Virus record (IMG/VR): IMGVR_UViG_3300045945_000056
DNA length: 20,000 nucleotides
Source of the DNA: an uncultured virus (IMG/VR IMGVR_UViG_3300045945_000056)
Lineage: Duplodnaviria; Heunggongvirae; Uroviricota; Caudoviricetes
Strand: one strand, 5' to 3'
A model generated the notes under the pieces. It saw only the letters and a program-made list of their open reading frames with translations, ran no database searches and was not told where the DNA came from. Below are positions 1-8,144 of the stretch, one piece after another; position 1 is the first letter of the stretch, and each line of letters opens with the position of its first letter. A program made the position numbers and the translations under genes.

Positions 1-80
1 GTCAATATTTCTGGCAGCGGCTTTGAATAGATATTATTCCCGGGCATTAACAGCGTGTATAACCTGGAATCTTTAGCCAT
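1..80 (-). CDS. Hypothetical protein, 5' part only (runs off the left edge); MAKDSRLYTLLMPGNNIYSKPLPEIL...
   Basis: ATG at 80 on the - strand with GGAG (CTCC at 88-91) 7 nt upstream; frame open to position 1; overlaps the stop of the 73..249 ORF. Not in the ORF track. Confidence 0.55.
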   Translation of the reverse strand, partial: MAKDSRLYTLLMPGNNIYSKPLPEIL

Positions 81-249
81 TTTTATTCTCCGGTTTAGAA
101 ATGGTTTTAACTTTCGGATCCAATAAAAAATGCGTCAATTTGTGATTGCACACCGGGCACAGTCTAATTGTTACTCCCGGCTGAGTGCTGAGTGTAACTA
201 GGGCGAAAGCATTAGAAAACAATGCTAGTTCGCATATATTGCATTTCAT
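73..249 (-). CDS. Small putative zinc-binding protein (58 aa, CxxC...CxxC)
   Basis: MKCNICE...LCPVCNH; start moved from 288 to ATG 249 because AAGGAG (CTCCTT at 256-261) precedes it. Confidence 0.65.
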   Translation of the reverse strand: MKCNICELALFSNAFALVTLSTQPGVTIRLCPVCNHKLTHFLLDPKVKTISKPENKNG

Positions 250-275
250 AATGTTCTCCTTAGGACGTGAGTAAT

Positions 276-301
276 TGGGAGGGAACATTTGCTCCCTCCC
301 A
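276..301 (-). other. GC-rich intergenic stem-loop without a U-tract
   Basis: TGGGAGGGA (276-284) / TCCCTCCCA (293-301), directly downstream of the stop of the 308..706 ORF. Confidence 0.5.
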
Positions 302-307
302 TCTAAT

Positions 308-706
308 TTACTTTAGGTCTTTCAATAGCGCCTGCAGTAACTTCGCTAACTCCTTTTTCTCAGTGGCATCTTTAGTGGCCTTAACTGCGGCTGTAAAGTC
401 CGCTACTTTGTCGATGGCCGATTTTGGCGGATAACCCGTGCTATCAACAGTAGTAATACCCGCTTCATGTCCATCAGAGTTAATTTTCTTATCCCTAATG
501 GCATGCCCAACAGCGTGTTTTACTTTCTCAATAGCGCGGCGTTTCATATCCGCAAAATCTGCGAATTGAATGTTTATATGGTACTGGATTCCAGTTTCGC
601 CCTTAGCAGGGTAGTACATCACTGGAACATTGGCGGCAAATAGGTTAGCTGCCGTCAATTCCACATCAACATCCGCCACTACTAATTCTTCAGTCTTGCG
701 CGCCAT
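308..706 (-). CDS. Hypothetical protein (132 aa)
   Basis: Long ORF with AAGGA-like SD upstream, downstream of the leftward promoter; no motif recognised. Confidence 0.75.
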   Translation of the reverse strand: MARKTEELVVADVDVELTAANLFAANVPVMYYPAKGETGIQYHINIQFADFADMKRRAIEKVKHAVGHAIRDKKINSDGHEAGITTVDSTGYPPKSAIDKVADFTAAVKATKDATEKKELAKLLQALLKDLK

Positions 707-893
707 TGCAATTTCCTTTGCTGAGTATGCCGGCGTATCATGCCGGCTAGGTTAAACCGGTTAGGTACACTTGTGGCACACTGGACACAATTGCGGCTAG
801 TGTGGCCGAGCTGTATTTAGTTGTCAAAGACCGAGCTCAGCGCGGGCCCTCAGTCCGCCTGAGTCATGCTATTTACTATTTGATTGTGACTAT

Positions 894-921
894 ATTATAG
901 CACGCTCTCAGGAAATTGCAA
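894..921 (-). promoter_or_regulatory. Leftward sigma70-type promoter with extended -10
   Basis: - strand reads TTGCAA-N16-TATAAT with TG-N directly before TATAAT. Confidence 0.65.
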
Positions 922-1068
922 ATCGACTCGCTGGCAAATTTTGTTCGATGGGGACGATTTAGCTGCGCTAAATCGGGAGAACAGCTTTCGTTGTCGCATC
1001 ACTAAAATCAATTGTGAATTTAAAATAGCGTGTTATCTACAGATTCTTTTCTCTAGTATAACGGAAGC

Positions 1069-1097
1069 TTGACAAAAAATCAATAGTGGTCTACAAT
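1069..1097 (+). promoter_or_regulatory. Rightward sigma70-type promoter
   Basis: TTGACA (1069-1074), 17-nt spacer, TACAAT (1092-1097), upstream of the packaging operon. Confidence 0.75.
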
Positions 1098-1260
1098 TAT
1101 AGGCGGATGGCGAAAAGTTTGCTCTATATTGAGCAGATAGATTCGGAGTAATTAACCGATGAATATAGAATTATCGAAACGCGCAAGGAACGTAAATACT
1201 TAGCCAGTAGTAAGCCTGGCTACATTCAATATTTAGAGTTACATATACGGGGATTTAGAC

Positions 1261-1716
1261 ATGGATAAGCGATTCAAAGACGCTCGCAAATACAATATTA
1301 AAAAGCTATGGGAACTCCACGCAAATATAGCACAGCAAGTTAGTTTAGGTAAAACGAATATCGAAATTGCAGACGAGTTGCAGATTACTCCGCAGACAGT
1401 ATCGAATGTACGCAACAGTCCAATTGGTAAACAAAAAGTAGAATTACTTACAGCCGAAATGGACGCGGAAACAGTTGATATAGGTCGGCGCATACGTGAG
1501 TTCGCACCAAAAGCGCTAGAATACCTCGAACGAATAATTGAAGGACGCGAGCCAGGCGCATCGGTAGCACTTCGAGCTAAATACGCCGCACAACATCTCG
1601 GACGCGCGGGGTATGGTGAAATTACGAAAGTACATTCGCTTAACGCAACCGTTACACGCGAGGACATAGAAGCAATTAAATCTCGCGCACTTGAAGCGAG
1701 GAACATTACCCCATGA
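1261..1716 (+). CDS. Probable terminase small subunit (HTH DNA-binding protein)
   Basis: HTH-like segment GKTNIEIADELQITPQTVSNVR, helical middle region, AAQHLGRAG motif; 151 aa; first long gene of the operon containing TerL. Confidence 0.65.
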   Translation: MDKRFKDARKYNIKKLWELHANIAQQVSLGKTNIEIADELQITPQTVSNVRNSPIGKQKVELLTAEMDAETVDIGRRIREFAPKALEYLERIIEGREPGASVALRAKYAAQHLGRAGYGEITKVHSLNATVTREDIEAIKSRALEARNITP

Positions 1717-1919
1717 AATGCGTATATTGGTCGGATGAACGGAGCTACAGGCTCGATGGCACGCCATACACGCGGCTAACTTTGCGTATAGGTGAAGAAA
1801 AAGAAATATTTGCTAGTTGGCAAAGGCCGCTCGAAGCGATAGATATAGATAAAGTGCGAAGTCTAGTAGAAGATTTTAGCGCAAAAGGGTATGAGATATA
1901 TATGCCACGGGTAAATTAG
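1713..1919 (+). CDS. Hypothetical protein (68 aa)
   Basis: ATGA overlap with the upstream stop; GAGGA SD upstream. Confidence 0.65.
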   Translation: MKCVYWSDERSYRLDGTPYTRLTLRIGEEKEIFASWQRPLEAIDIDKVRSLVEDFSAKGYEIYMPRVN

Positions 1920-1939
1920 TTTCGGCAGTAGCCGACCCC
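1915..1939 (+). repeat. Intergenic hairpin repeat, copy 1
   Basis: ATTAGTTTCGGCAGTAGCCGACCCC; 23/25 identical to 2433-2457; stem TCGGC/GCCGA with AGTA loop. Confidence 0.8.
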
Positions 1940-1959
1940 TCGCTTGGAGGAGGAAAAAG

Positions 1960-2154
1960 TTGAAAACAAAAGTTAAACTACCCCCAGAAGTTGAAGCTAT
2001 TGCGGAGCGCGTTGATAATTCGTACATGGCACTCAGGAAACTTGTTAGTGAGGCAATACCAAATAACTACGAGAAAACTATAGCATTAAATGTTCTAAAG
2101 AATAGCGCGAAATGGGCTCAGCGTGCCCTCATCGAATCACGTCCTCGGAATTAA
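1960..2154 (+). CDS. Small helical-hairpin protein resembling Acb2/Tad1-type nucleotide-signal sponges
   Basis: Strong GGAGGAGG SD and TTG start; C-terminal PNNYEKTIALNVLKNSAKWAQRAL resembles the recalled P-x-x-RE(K/N)-x-(L/I)A-x-TKLEEA-x-MW pattern. The CDS is well supported; the function is tentative. Confidence 0.5.
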   Translation: MKTKVKLPPEVEAIAERVDNSYMALRKLVSEAIPNNYEKTIALNVLKNSAKWAQRALIESRPRN

Positions 2155-2169
2155 AATTTAATCAGTGGG
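2148..2169 (+). promoter_or_regulatory. 22-bp intergenic motif, copy 1
   Basis: GAATTAAAATTTAATCAGTGGG; overlaps the stop codon at 2152-2154. Confidence 0.7.
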
Positions 2170-2263
2170 GGAAATTTTGGTAGATATATTAGCAAGAGAA
2201 GTTGAAGTTGTGTTGAGTACAATATATGCTAAAATTAGACCAAAATATTTTAAGGATAAGACT

Positions 2264-2437
2264 ATGGAAGACCAAGCTACAGTTGATCTAGCACAGATTG
2301 CGTACGAAGTTTATGCCGAGCACCAAAATTGGAAAAATTATGCGGGTCAACCTATTCCGCGATGGGCGGATGTACGCGCAGATATAAAATCCGCGTGGAT
2401 TGCGGCAATAAGTGCAGTATTAGATTTGCGGCATTAG
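2264..2437 (+). CDS. Hypothetical protein (57 aa; the track's longer GTG start at 2165 is possible)
   Basis: AAGGA SD at 2252-2256 before ATG 2264; MEDQATVDLAQIAYEVYAEHQNWKNY...AWIAA. Confidence 0.65.
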   Translation: MEDQATVDLAQIAYEVYAEHQNWKNYAGQPIPRWADVRADIKSAWIAAISAVLDLRH

Positions 2438-2457
2438 TTTCGCCAGTAGGCGACCCC
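2433..2457 (+). repeat. Intergenic hairpin repeat, copy 2
   Basis: ATTAGTTTCGCCAGTAGGCGACCCC; the two differences from copy 1 are a compensatory G-C to C-G swap. Confidence 0.8.
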
Positions 2458-2487
2458 GCCACTGGAAAAGGATAAGCGAAATGATCC

Positions 2488-2509
2488 TGCAGTGGATAAA
2501 TTTTAAATT
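2488..2509 (-). promoter_or_regulatory. 22-bp intergenic motif, copy 2 (divergent)
   Basis: - strand AATTTAAAATTTATCCACTGCA. Confidence 0.5.
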
Positions 2510-2711
2510 GGAAATTACTCCCAAGAGACCTTCGCTACTGGTACAGCAAGCCGACGACCAACGGGAGGAGGCGATGACCGTAGGCACCTACCGCGGGTTA
2601 GCACCTGGTTATGGTACAGCGCATCTATGCTCCGAGACCACTCGCGGGGCTACGATGATACTGTTGGAACCTCTACTTACTTCCCAATGCGGAAGCATAA
2701 TTTGAGGTTAT

Positions 2712-4244
2712 ATGGCAACTTTAACTACTAATTTAAGCCTCGAAGATACACTTGGATTGTGTTACACTGATTTGGGTGTAATGAGTAAAACGTTCATGCC
2801 CCAAGCTTTCTCCGCTAGCTATTCTCCCCTTCATTATTCTGTAATTAAACACCTCGACTCACCCGCTAAGCAAATCGCTATTGCCGCACCTCGAGGTTTA
2901 GGTAAAACTTCCTTCGCTCGTGCTATGGTAATGCGCGCAATTTTATTCCGTCAATATGAGTTTATACTTTATGTCTCGAATAGTGAAACCGTGGCCGAAC
3001 TGCAAACAGAGAACATCAAGCGTGAGTTGCGGAGTAATCCCGAAATTAGGAAAATCTTTGGTGATATCGCTATTGCAGCAGACTCAGACGCGGATTTTTC
3101 TGAGACATTTTCTAAGCGCGCTTGGGTTGCTTTCGGTAATACATTGGTACTCCCGCGTGGTTCTGGACAGCAAGTGCGCGGATTGCTTTATAAACACGCC
3201 AGGCCACAGTTAATTATTATTGATGATTTGGAGAAACGTGATGAGTTAGAAAATCCGGAAAATCGACGCAAGTTAAAGGAGTGGTTTCATAGCGACTTAA
3301 TGAAATGTATTAATCGGTATGACAATAACTACAAGTTTATCTATTTAGATACGCTAAAACATAGCGATGCTCTTATGGAAGAGTTACTCAATTCGCCTGA
3401 GTGGGTATCAGAGCGGTTGGATATATGTACAGATACTGCAGAGGGTTTAGTATCTAATGTCCCCGAACTAATATCCACTCAGGAACTGCGCCGTGAATAT
3501 GAAATACATAAAGAAAATGGAACCCTAGATATATTTTACAGCGAGTTTCGTAATCTACCAATCGCTACTGAAAATCAAGGCTTTAGGCAGGAATATTTCC
3601 AACATTATTCAGAAAATCAGCTTGAAACTAAAAATCTAGAAAATTATATCATAGTTGATCCCGCGAAATCTGTGAATATGAGTTCGGCGGATTCAGCCAT
3701 TGTAGGAATTGGCGTAAATTTCCAAAGCGGCGCGATTTACATTCGTGATGTAGTGTCGCGTAAAATGTTCCCTGATGAATTGTATGCAGAAACGTTTGAT
3801 ATGAAGGTAAGACTCAATGCACACCAAATCGGAATTGAGGTTACGGGGCTGGAGGAATTTATTAAACAACCTTTTACCAATTACATGTTGGGACTCGATC
3901 CACGATTTAGCTGCGAACTTATTTGGCTCAAAGCTCGTGGCGGAGATCCGGGGGGTGATAAAGGAAAACTCAAACGAATTGGAACCTTGGCCCCTTACTA
4001 CCGAAAAGGCCACATTTATCATAATGCAACATGTACGTCCAAACTTGAAGGCCAATTGCTCAGTTTTCCTAAAGGCAAATTGGTGGACGTCGCAGACGCT
4101 ACAGCGTACATCATCGAACTTTTGGAACTCGGAGGTCGATATTTCACTTCGCCTGATGAAGTGATTGATCCTACGGGGGAAGATGAATTTGCCCAATTAG
4201 ATTATGAAGGAACAGGTACACTTTCGCGGTATCAGAGGATTTAA
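2712..4244 (+). CDS. terL: Terminase large subunit
   Basis: Walker A APRGLGKTS, VRG motif, Walker B LIIIDD, C-terminal RNase H-like nuclease motifs (IIVDPA...ADSA, IGIE, FPKG..VDVADA); GAGG SD. Confidence 0.95.
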   Translation: MATLTTNLSLEDTLGLCYTDLGVMSKTFMPQAFSASYSPLHYSVIKHLDSPAKQIAIAAPRGLGKTSFARAMVMRAILFRQYEFILYVSNSETVAELQTENIKRELRSNPEIRKIFGDIAIAADSDADFSETFSKRAWVAFGNTLVLPRGSGQQVRGLLYKHARPQLIIIDDLEKRDELENPENRRKLKEWFHSDLMKCINRYDNNYKFIYLDTLKHSDALMEELLNSPEWVSERLDICTDTAEGLVSNVPELISTQELRREYEIHKENGTLDIFYSEFRNLPIATENQGFRQEYFQHYSENQLETKNLENYIIVDPAKSVNMSSADSAIVGIGVNFQSGAIYIRDVVSRKMFPDELYAETFDMKVRLNAHQIGIEVTGLEEFIKQPFTNYMLGLDPRFSCELIWLKARGGDPGGDKGKLKRIGTLAPYYRKGHIYHNATCTSKLEGQLLSFPKGKLVDVADATAYIIELLELGGRYFTSPDEVIDPTGEDEFAQLDYEGTGTLSRYQRI

Positions 4245-4291
4245 TTTTATGGGCTGACGCCCCCGCGACTTGAACAGCATATCTGTTCAGC

Positions 4292-4313
4292 GAATTAAAA
4301 TTTTATCGCTGGA
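4292..4313 (+). promoter_or_regulatory. 22-bp intergenic motif, copy 3
   Basis: GAATTAAAATTTTATCGCTGGA; its terminal GGA(G) doubles as the SD of 4325. Confidence 0.7.
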
Positions 4314-4324
4314 GATGAAATTCC

Positions 4325-4540
4325 ATGTGTGATACTCCAGGATATGTTTCTTATATACCGTGTGAATCTGTTATAGAAGACAGACCTGCGTATTGGTTAA
4401 CATATCACATTACGTTTTATAAGTGGCATGAAGCCGAAACTAAAATGTACTTAAATTGTGTAATTACCTCACCTAAGAATTATCCGACTCCCTTGGAACA
4501 GTTATATCGTAGAATGAACGAAATGGATGCGTTATTATGA
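4325..4540 (+). CDS. Hypothetical protein (71 aa) between terL and portal
   Basis: GGAG SD; ATGA overlap with the portal start. Confidence 0.6.
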   Translation: MCDTPGYVSYIPCESVIEDRPAYWLTYHITFYKWHEAETKMYLNCVITSPKNYPTPLEQLYRRMNEMDALL

Positions 4541-6468
4541 GTGACCGAAATTTTAACTACGAATATCCCGGTGGGTTAGATTGGACACCTGGCGGTAAGT
4601 TACACCAGGACATTATGTCTAGATTAATTCGCTATGCTCAAGACGCAGCGTCTAACATACAAGAGCGCTACTCTAGCTGGCGTGAAATGGATAAAAAACT
4701 TCAAGCGTATATTCAAATTGATAAGAAAGAAAAGAAGGTACTCGAAGATGACCCGCGAAAGCCGGTATCAATTGTTTTTCCTTATACCTACGCAATTCTT
4801 GAAACATTGGTTTCTTACCTGGTTGCTGCTTTTACTCCTGAGCCGATATTTCGTTATGAAGGTGTATCGCCAGAAGACGTTGCTGGTGCAACGCTTATGG
4901 AGAAGGTAATTAATCTTCAATGTAATAAATCTAAAGTTGTACTCAATCTTCACACGTTCTTTAGAGATTGCAGCGCATACGGATTGGGTATAGTTGCACC
5001 ACAGTGGATAATTAAACGTGGAAAGAAGGTACGAAGTGTTAGAGATGGAATTTACGATGGAAGTGGACAATTTAGAGAGACGCGTAAATATAAGCGTACG
5101 GAATCCACAGTACTTTTCGAAGGTAATGCGTTAGATAATATCGATCCTTATTGCTATTTACCAGATCCGAATGTACCGATTCACGAACCGCAGCGGGGAG
5201 AATTCGTAGCTTGGATGGATAGCGACGCGTATGTTAATTTACTGTGTGATGAGGAAGTTGATGGCGATTTATTTAATGTAAAATACTTAAAAGATGTATC
5301 GTCGAAAAGCACTTCGATTTTTGGTGAAACATCACGCTCGCAAACACGTCGTCGAGATAACTGGACGCGGCAGTTTACCAATACAGCATTGCTTGAGCCC
5401 ATTGATTTACTTAACATTATTGTTAAACTTATACCTAAAGAATGGGATTTGGGTGATTCTACGTATCCTGAGAAATGGCTTTTTATGGTGGCGGCGGATA
5501 AAGTAATTTGCAAAGCAAAACCCCTTGAATTAAATCACGATATGTTTCCAGTTGCAGTAGCAGCACCTGAGTTCGATGGATATTCTCCAGTAGCATTTTC
5601 TCGGTTAGAAATACTCTCTGGCATGCAAACTGTTGTGGATTGGATGTTTAATAGTCATGTTACAAATGTGCGTAAAGCAATCAATGATCTTATTATCGTT
5701 GATCCATACTTGCTTAATTTACCTGATCTTGAAAACAGTGAGGCGGGCGGCATTATACGCTTACGACGCCCAGCGTGGGGACGCGGGGTGGAAAACGCAG
5801 CTATGCAGCTTAATGTTGTTGATATTACTCGTAATAATGTTGCGGACGTGGGCTTTGTTATTGATTTTATGCGGCAGATTGCTGGCACAGACAATCCGTT
5901 TATGGGCAATTTACGAGGCGGAGGACCAGAGCGACTTACCGCCAAAGAATTTCAAGGAACTGCCGCCGGAGCAATAAATAGACTAGAGCGTATCGCTAAA
6001 GTTGTTGGTGTTCAGGCTATGCAAGATATTGGTTATATGTTTGCGATGCACCTCCAGCAGTTTATGAGCGAGGATGTTTATGTTAAAACTGCTGGTGAAT
6101 GGCCTAGCAAAGTTCTACAGAACTTTGCTGTTAAGGAGGGTCGAGTTAAGGTTAGCCCGTATGATGTGTTGGTTGATTACGATTTAATTATCCGCGACGG
6201 TAGTATTCCTGGTGGCGCTTTTAGTGATGCGTGGATACAACTTTTTCAAATAATTAGCCAAAACCCGTTTTTATTACAGCGATTTGATGTAGTAAGACTT
6301 TTCAAATATATAGCCACAAATTTAGGTGCAAAGAATGTGGACGATTTTGAGTTAAGTATGGAAGCGCGGCCAGATGCGGAAGTTGAACAAGCAGTACAAA
6401 ACGGCAGTTTACAGCCACTCAGCTCGGAGGTTACGATGAATGGTGCTATTCCAGGGGGATTAGCCTAG
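4537..6468 (+). CDS. Portal protein (P22/SU10-like)
   Basis: 643 aa, follows terL; features such as GVSPEDVAGA, YGLGIV, YLPDPN and RLTAKE are typical of podovirus-type portals. Confidence 0.85.
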   Translation: MSDRNFNYEYPGGLDWTPGGKLHQDIMSRLIRYAQDAASNIQERYSSWREMDKKLQAYIQIDKKEKKVLEDDPRKPVSIVFPYTYAILETLVSYLVAAFTPEPIFRYEGVSPEDVAGATLMEKVINLQCNKSKVVLNLHTFFRDCSAYGLGIVAPQWIIKRGKKVRSVRDGIYDGSGQFRETRKYKRTESTVLFEGNALDNIDPYCYLPDPNVPIHEPQRGEFVAWMDSDAYVNLLCDEEVDGDLFNVKYLKDVSSKSTSIFGETSRSQTRRRDNWTRQFTNTALLEPIDLLNIIVKLIPKEWDLGDSTYPEKWLFMVAADKVICKAKPLELNHDMFPVAVAAPEFDGYSPVAFSRLEILSGMQTVVDWMFNSHVTNVRKAINDLIIVDPYLLNLPDLENSEAGGIIRLRRPAWGRGVENAAMQLNVVDITRNNVADVGFVIDFMRQIAGTDNPFMGNLRGGGPERLTAKEFQGTAAGAINRLERIAKVVGVQAMQDIGYMFAMHLQQFMSEDVYVKTAGEWPSKVLQNFAVKEGRVKVSPYDVLVDYDLIIRDGSIPGGAFSDAWIQLFQIISQNPFLLQRFDVVRLFKYIATNLGAKNVDDFELSMEARPDAEVEQAVQNGSLQPLSSEVTMNGAIPGGLA

Positions 6469-6710
6469 TGAGTGAGTACAACGCGACTCCGAGGGAGATG
6501 CGCGACTTCATTATATCCGCAATTTGGCGAGATTTACGCGATGAATTGCACCAATGGTTGGAGGACATACGCAATCAATTAGAAATAGAAAGTAATGTGG
6601 AAATAATTAGACGACTTCAAGGCAATGCTGAAGCGGTTAATAGATTTATTCGTTTACCGGAAGTTATGGTTGAAGCAATGGAGATGGATTATGGGCGAAG
6701 AGAACTTTGA
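6468..6710 (+). CDS. Small helical protein downstream of portal (80 aa)
   Basis: GTG start overlapping the portal TAG; SAIWRDL...RRLQG pattern; small genes commonly occupy this portal-scaffold position. Confidence 0.7.
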   Translation: MSEYNATPREMRDFIISAIWRDLRDELHQWLEDIRNQLEIESNVEIIRRLQGNAEAVNRFIRLPEVMVEAMEMDYGRREL

Positions 6711-7452
6711 TTTTAGTGAATTGGGAGATAGTGGTGGGGATGTTGCGGGAGAATCGCAACAAGAATTAGCTGAAACAACCAATCAAGGCATGGTCGAAGA
6801 GGCTCCTTCAAGCGGCGAAGCTCGCTCCGAGCCGCAACGTCCTTCCGCTATCTCTAACGAAGAATATACGCCACGCGAACGTGCGTTACTTGATCGAATC
6901 GAACAGCTTACGAATCAAGCGTATCAAAGCCAAAGTTCTCCGCAACAGTCTGCACAATTTGAAGCACAGACGCATAATTTTCTAGAAGGATTGGATATAG
7001 ATGAGGTACTTTCGAGCGGTGAAAATTTAAATAAATTGTTGCTCGCCGTTTATAATAAAGGGTTGCAGGAGTCCATGCGTATCGCGCGGGAGGGTTGGAC
7101 AGGCGCGGCGCCTGGTATGATTAGAACGCATATAGATCAGCATATGACTATGCGCGAACTCGTAGATAATTTTTATGCATCAAACCCTGATTTGGTTAAT
7201 GCTAGGAAAACAGTTGGCGCAATTGCTAATGAAGTTTCACAGGAGAATAGCGAATTAACTATTGAACAAGTTTTCGCTGAAGCTGCGAAGCGTACACGCG
7301 AGGTATTGGGACTGCCAAGCGTTTCACCTTCTGCAGAAGGTGAACAGCACGAGCGTCCTAATTTACCTCAGCGGCGTCAACCTGGAAATAGACGAAACGG
7401 AACTGCGACGCTTACTGGCGTTGCAAAGGAGATTGATGATTTAATTACATAG
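6691..7452 (+). CDS. Probable capsid scaffolding protein (253 aa)
   Basis: ATG 6691 with GGAG at 6680-6683; acidic low-complexity N-terminus, helical core, basic C-terminal region; lies between portal and capsid genes. Confidence 0.7.
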   Translation: MGEENFDFSELGDSGGDVAGESQQELAETTNQGMVEEAPSSGEARSEPQRPSAISNEEYTPRERALLDRIEQLTNQAYQSQSSPQQSAQFEAQTHNFLEGLDIDEVLSSGENLNKLLLAVYNKGLQESMRIAREGWTGAAPGMIRTHIDQHMTMRELVDNFYASNPDLVNARKTVGAIANEVSQENSELTIEQVFAEAAKRTREVLGLPSVSPSAEGEQHERPNLPQRRQPGNRRNGTATLTGVAKEIDDLIT

Positions 7453-7470
7453 GCGGGGCGACGATTGGAC

Positions 7471-7492
7471 TGCAGCGTTAAAATTTTAATTG
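7471..7492 (-). promoter_or_regulatory. 22-bp intergenic motif, copy 4
   Basis: - strand CAATTAAAATTTTAACGCTGCA. Confidence 0.7.
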
Positions 7493-7506
7493 CGAAGGGG
7501 CTCGGA

Positions 7507-7782
7507 ATGTTTGTTACAGGTGACTATGCAATGTTGCCTATAGATACAGTACTCAACGTTAATCCAGATACAGCTTTCGTGGAGGTAATGTTGCCATATG
7601 TTGGTGAAGCAGTGGGTAAGTTTTATTCTATTAACAATGTAGGTACAAGCGGAAATACGGTGCATGTAGTAGATCATGGTGATTCGACCGGCTTTGTTTC
7701 GCCAGACGATTTAACTAGTGGAGGAGCGAGTCTATATTTTAGTAATGGTGTGCAGTGGTTGCTCGTGTATAGTAATGTTTGA
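7507..7782 (+). CDS. Small beta-rich virion protein, possibly capsid decoration (91 aa)
   Basis: ATG 7507 after GAAGGGG; V.LP..GEAVGKFYSI and LYFSNGVQW patterns typical of small phage structural domains; located in the head module. Confidence 0.55.
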   Translation: MFVTGDYAMLPIDTVLNVNPDTAFVEVMLPYVGEAVGKFYSINNVGTSGNTVHVVDHGDSTGFVSPDDLTSGGASLYFSNGVQWLLVYSNV

Positions 7783-7798
7783 TTGAAGAGGATTAATT

Positions 7799-8113
7799 AT
7801 GAATTGGCAAGAAGAGATGATTAATCGAATAAATGAGTATGAACGTAATGCAAATACACCGGAAGAATTAGGGCGCGGCTATTTAACCGAAATGCTTCCA
7901 CCAGGTGAAATGGAAATTGTTATGGAATTAATTAACGATAGTAATAGTGCAGTGCCTATACTTACGGCTACTGATGCATTTGAAAAATGGCAAGGATTAT
8001 CCGAAGAAGGAAAGAAATTATTGAACACGTATACATTAGGTGAAAAAGATGTTAATGCAAAAGGTTTTGGCTGGCATATAGGAGCACCTTTAGGTATTCC
8101 ACTAACTAATTAG
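7799..8113 (+). CDS. Hypothetical protein (104 aa)
   Basis: GAGGA SD; fills the gap up to the capsid SD. Confidence 0.7.
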   Translation: MNWQEEMINRINEYERNANTPEELGRGYLTEMLPPGEMEIVMELINDSNSAVPILTATDAFEKWQGLSEEGKKLLNTYTLGEKDVNAKGFGWHIGAPLGIPLTN

Positions 8114-8123
8114 GAGATTAATT

Positions 8124-8144
8124 ATGGCATTCCAAGGCATGCGT
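8124..8144 (+). CDS. Major capsid protein, exon 1 (MAFQGMR)
   Basis: AGGAG SD at 8112-8116; ATG GCA TTC CAA GGC ATG CGT, then TAA inside the intron; joins in frame to GGA ACC GGC at 9030, giving MAFQGMRGTGNWAPDERP. Confidence 0.9.

Noticed and set aside
1107..1268. Frame MAKSLLYIEQIDSE*LTDEYRIIETRK...RHG broken by one TAA (possible pseudogene or leader peptide)
   Set aside because: Short, no recognisable motif and no way to distinguish it from chance without homologues.
2481..2573. N-terminal part of the 74-aa ORF 2481..2705
   Set aside because: It overlaps a copy of the intergenic motif; only ATG 2574 has a strong SD, and the coding status of even that part is uncertain.
4251..4290. Two small hairpins after terL (GGGC-TGAC-GCCC and TGAACAG-CATAT-CTGTTCA) as a terminator
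   Set aside because: No U-tract follows, and the operon evidently continues to the portal gene.
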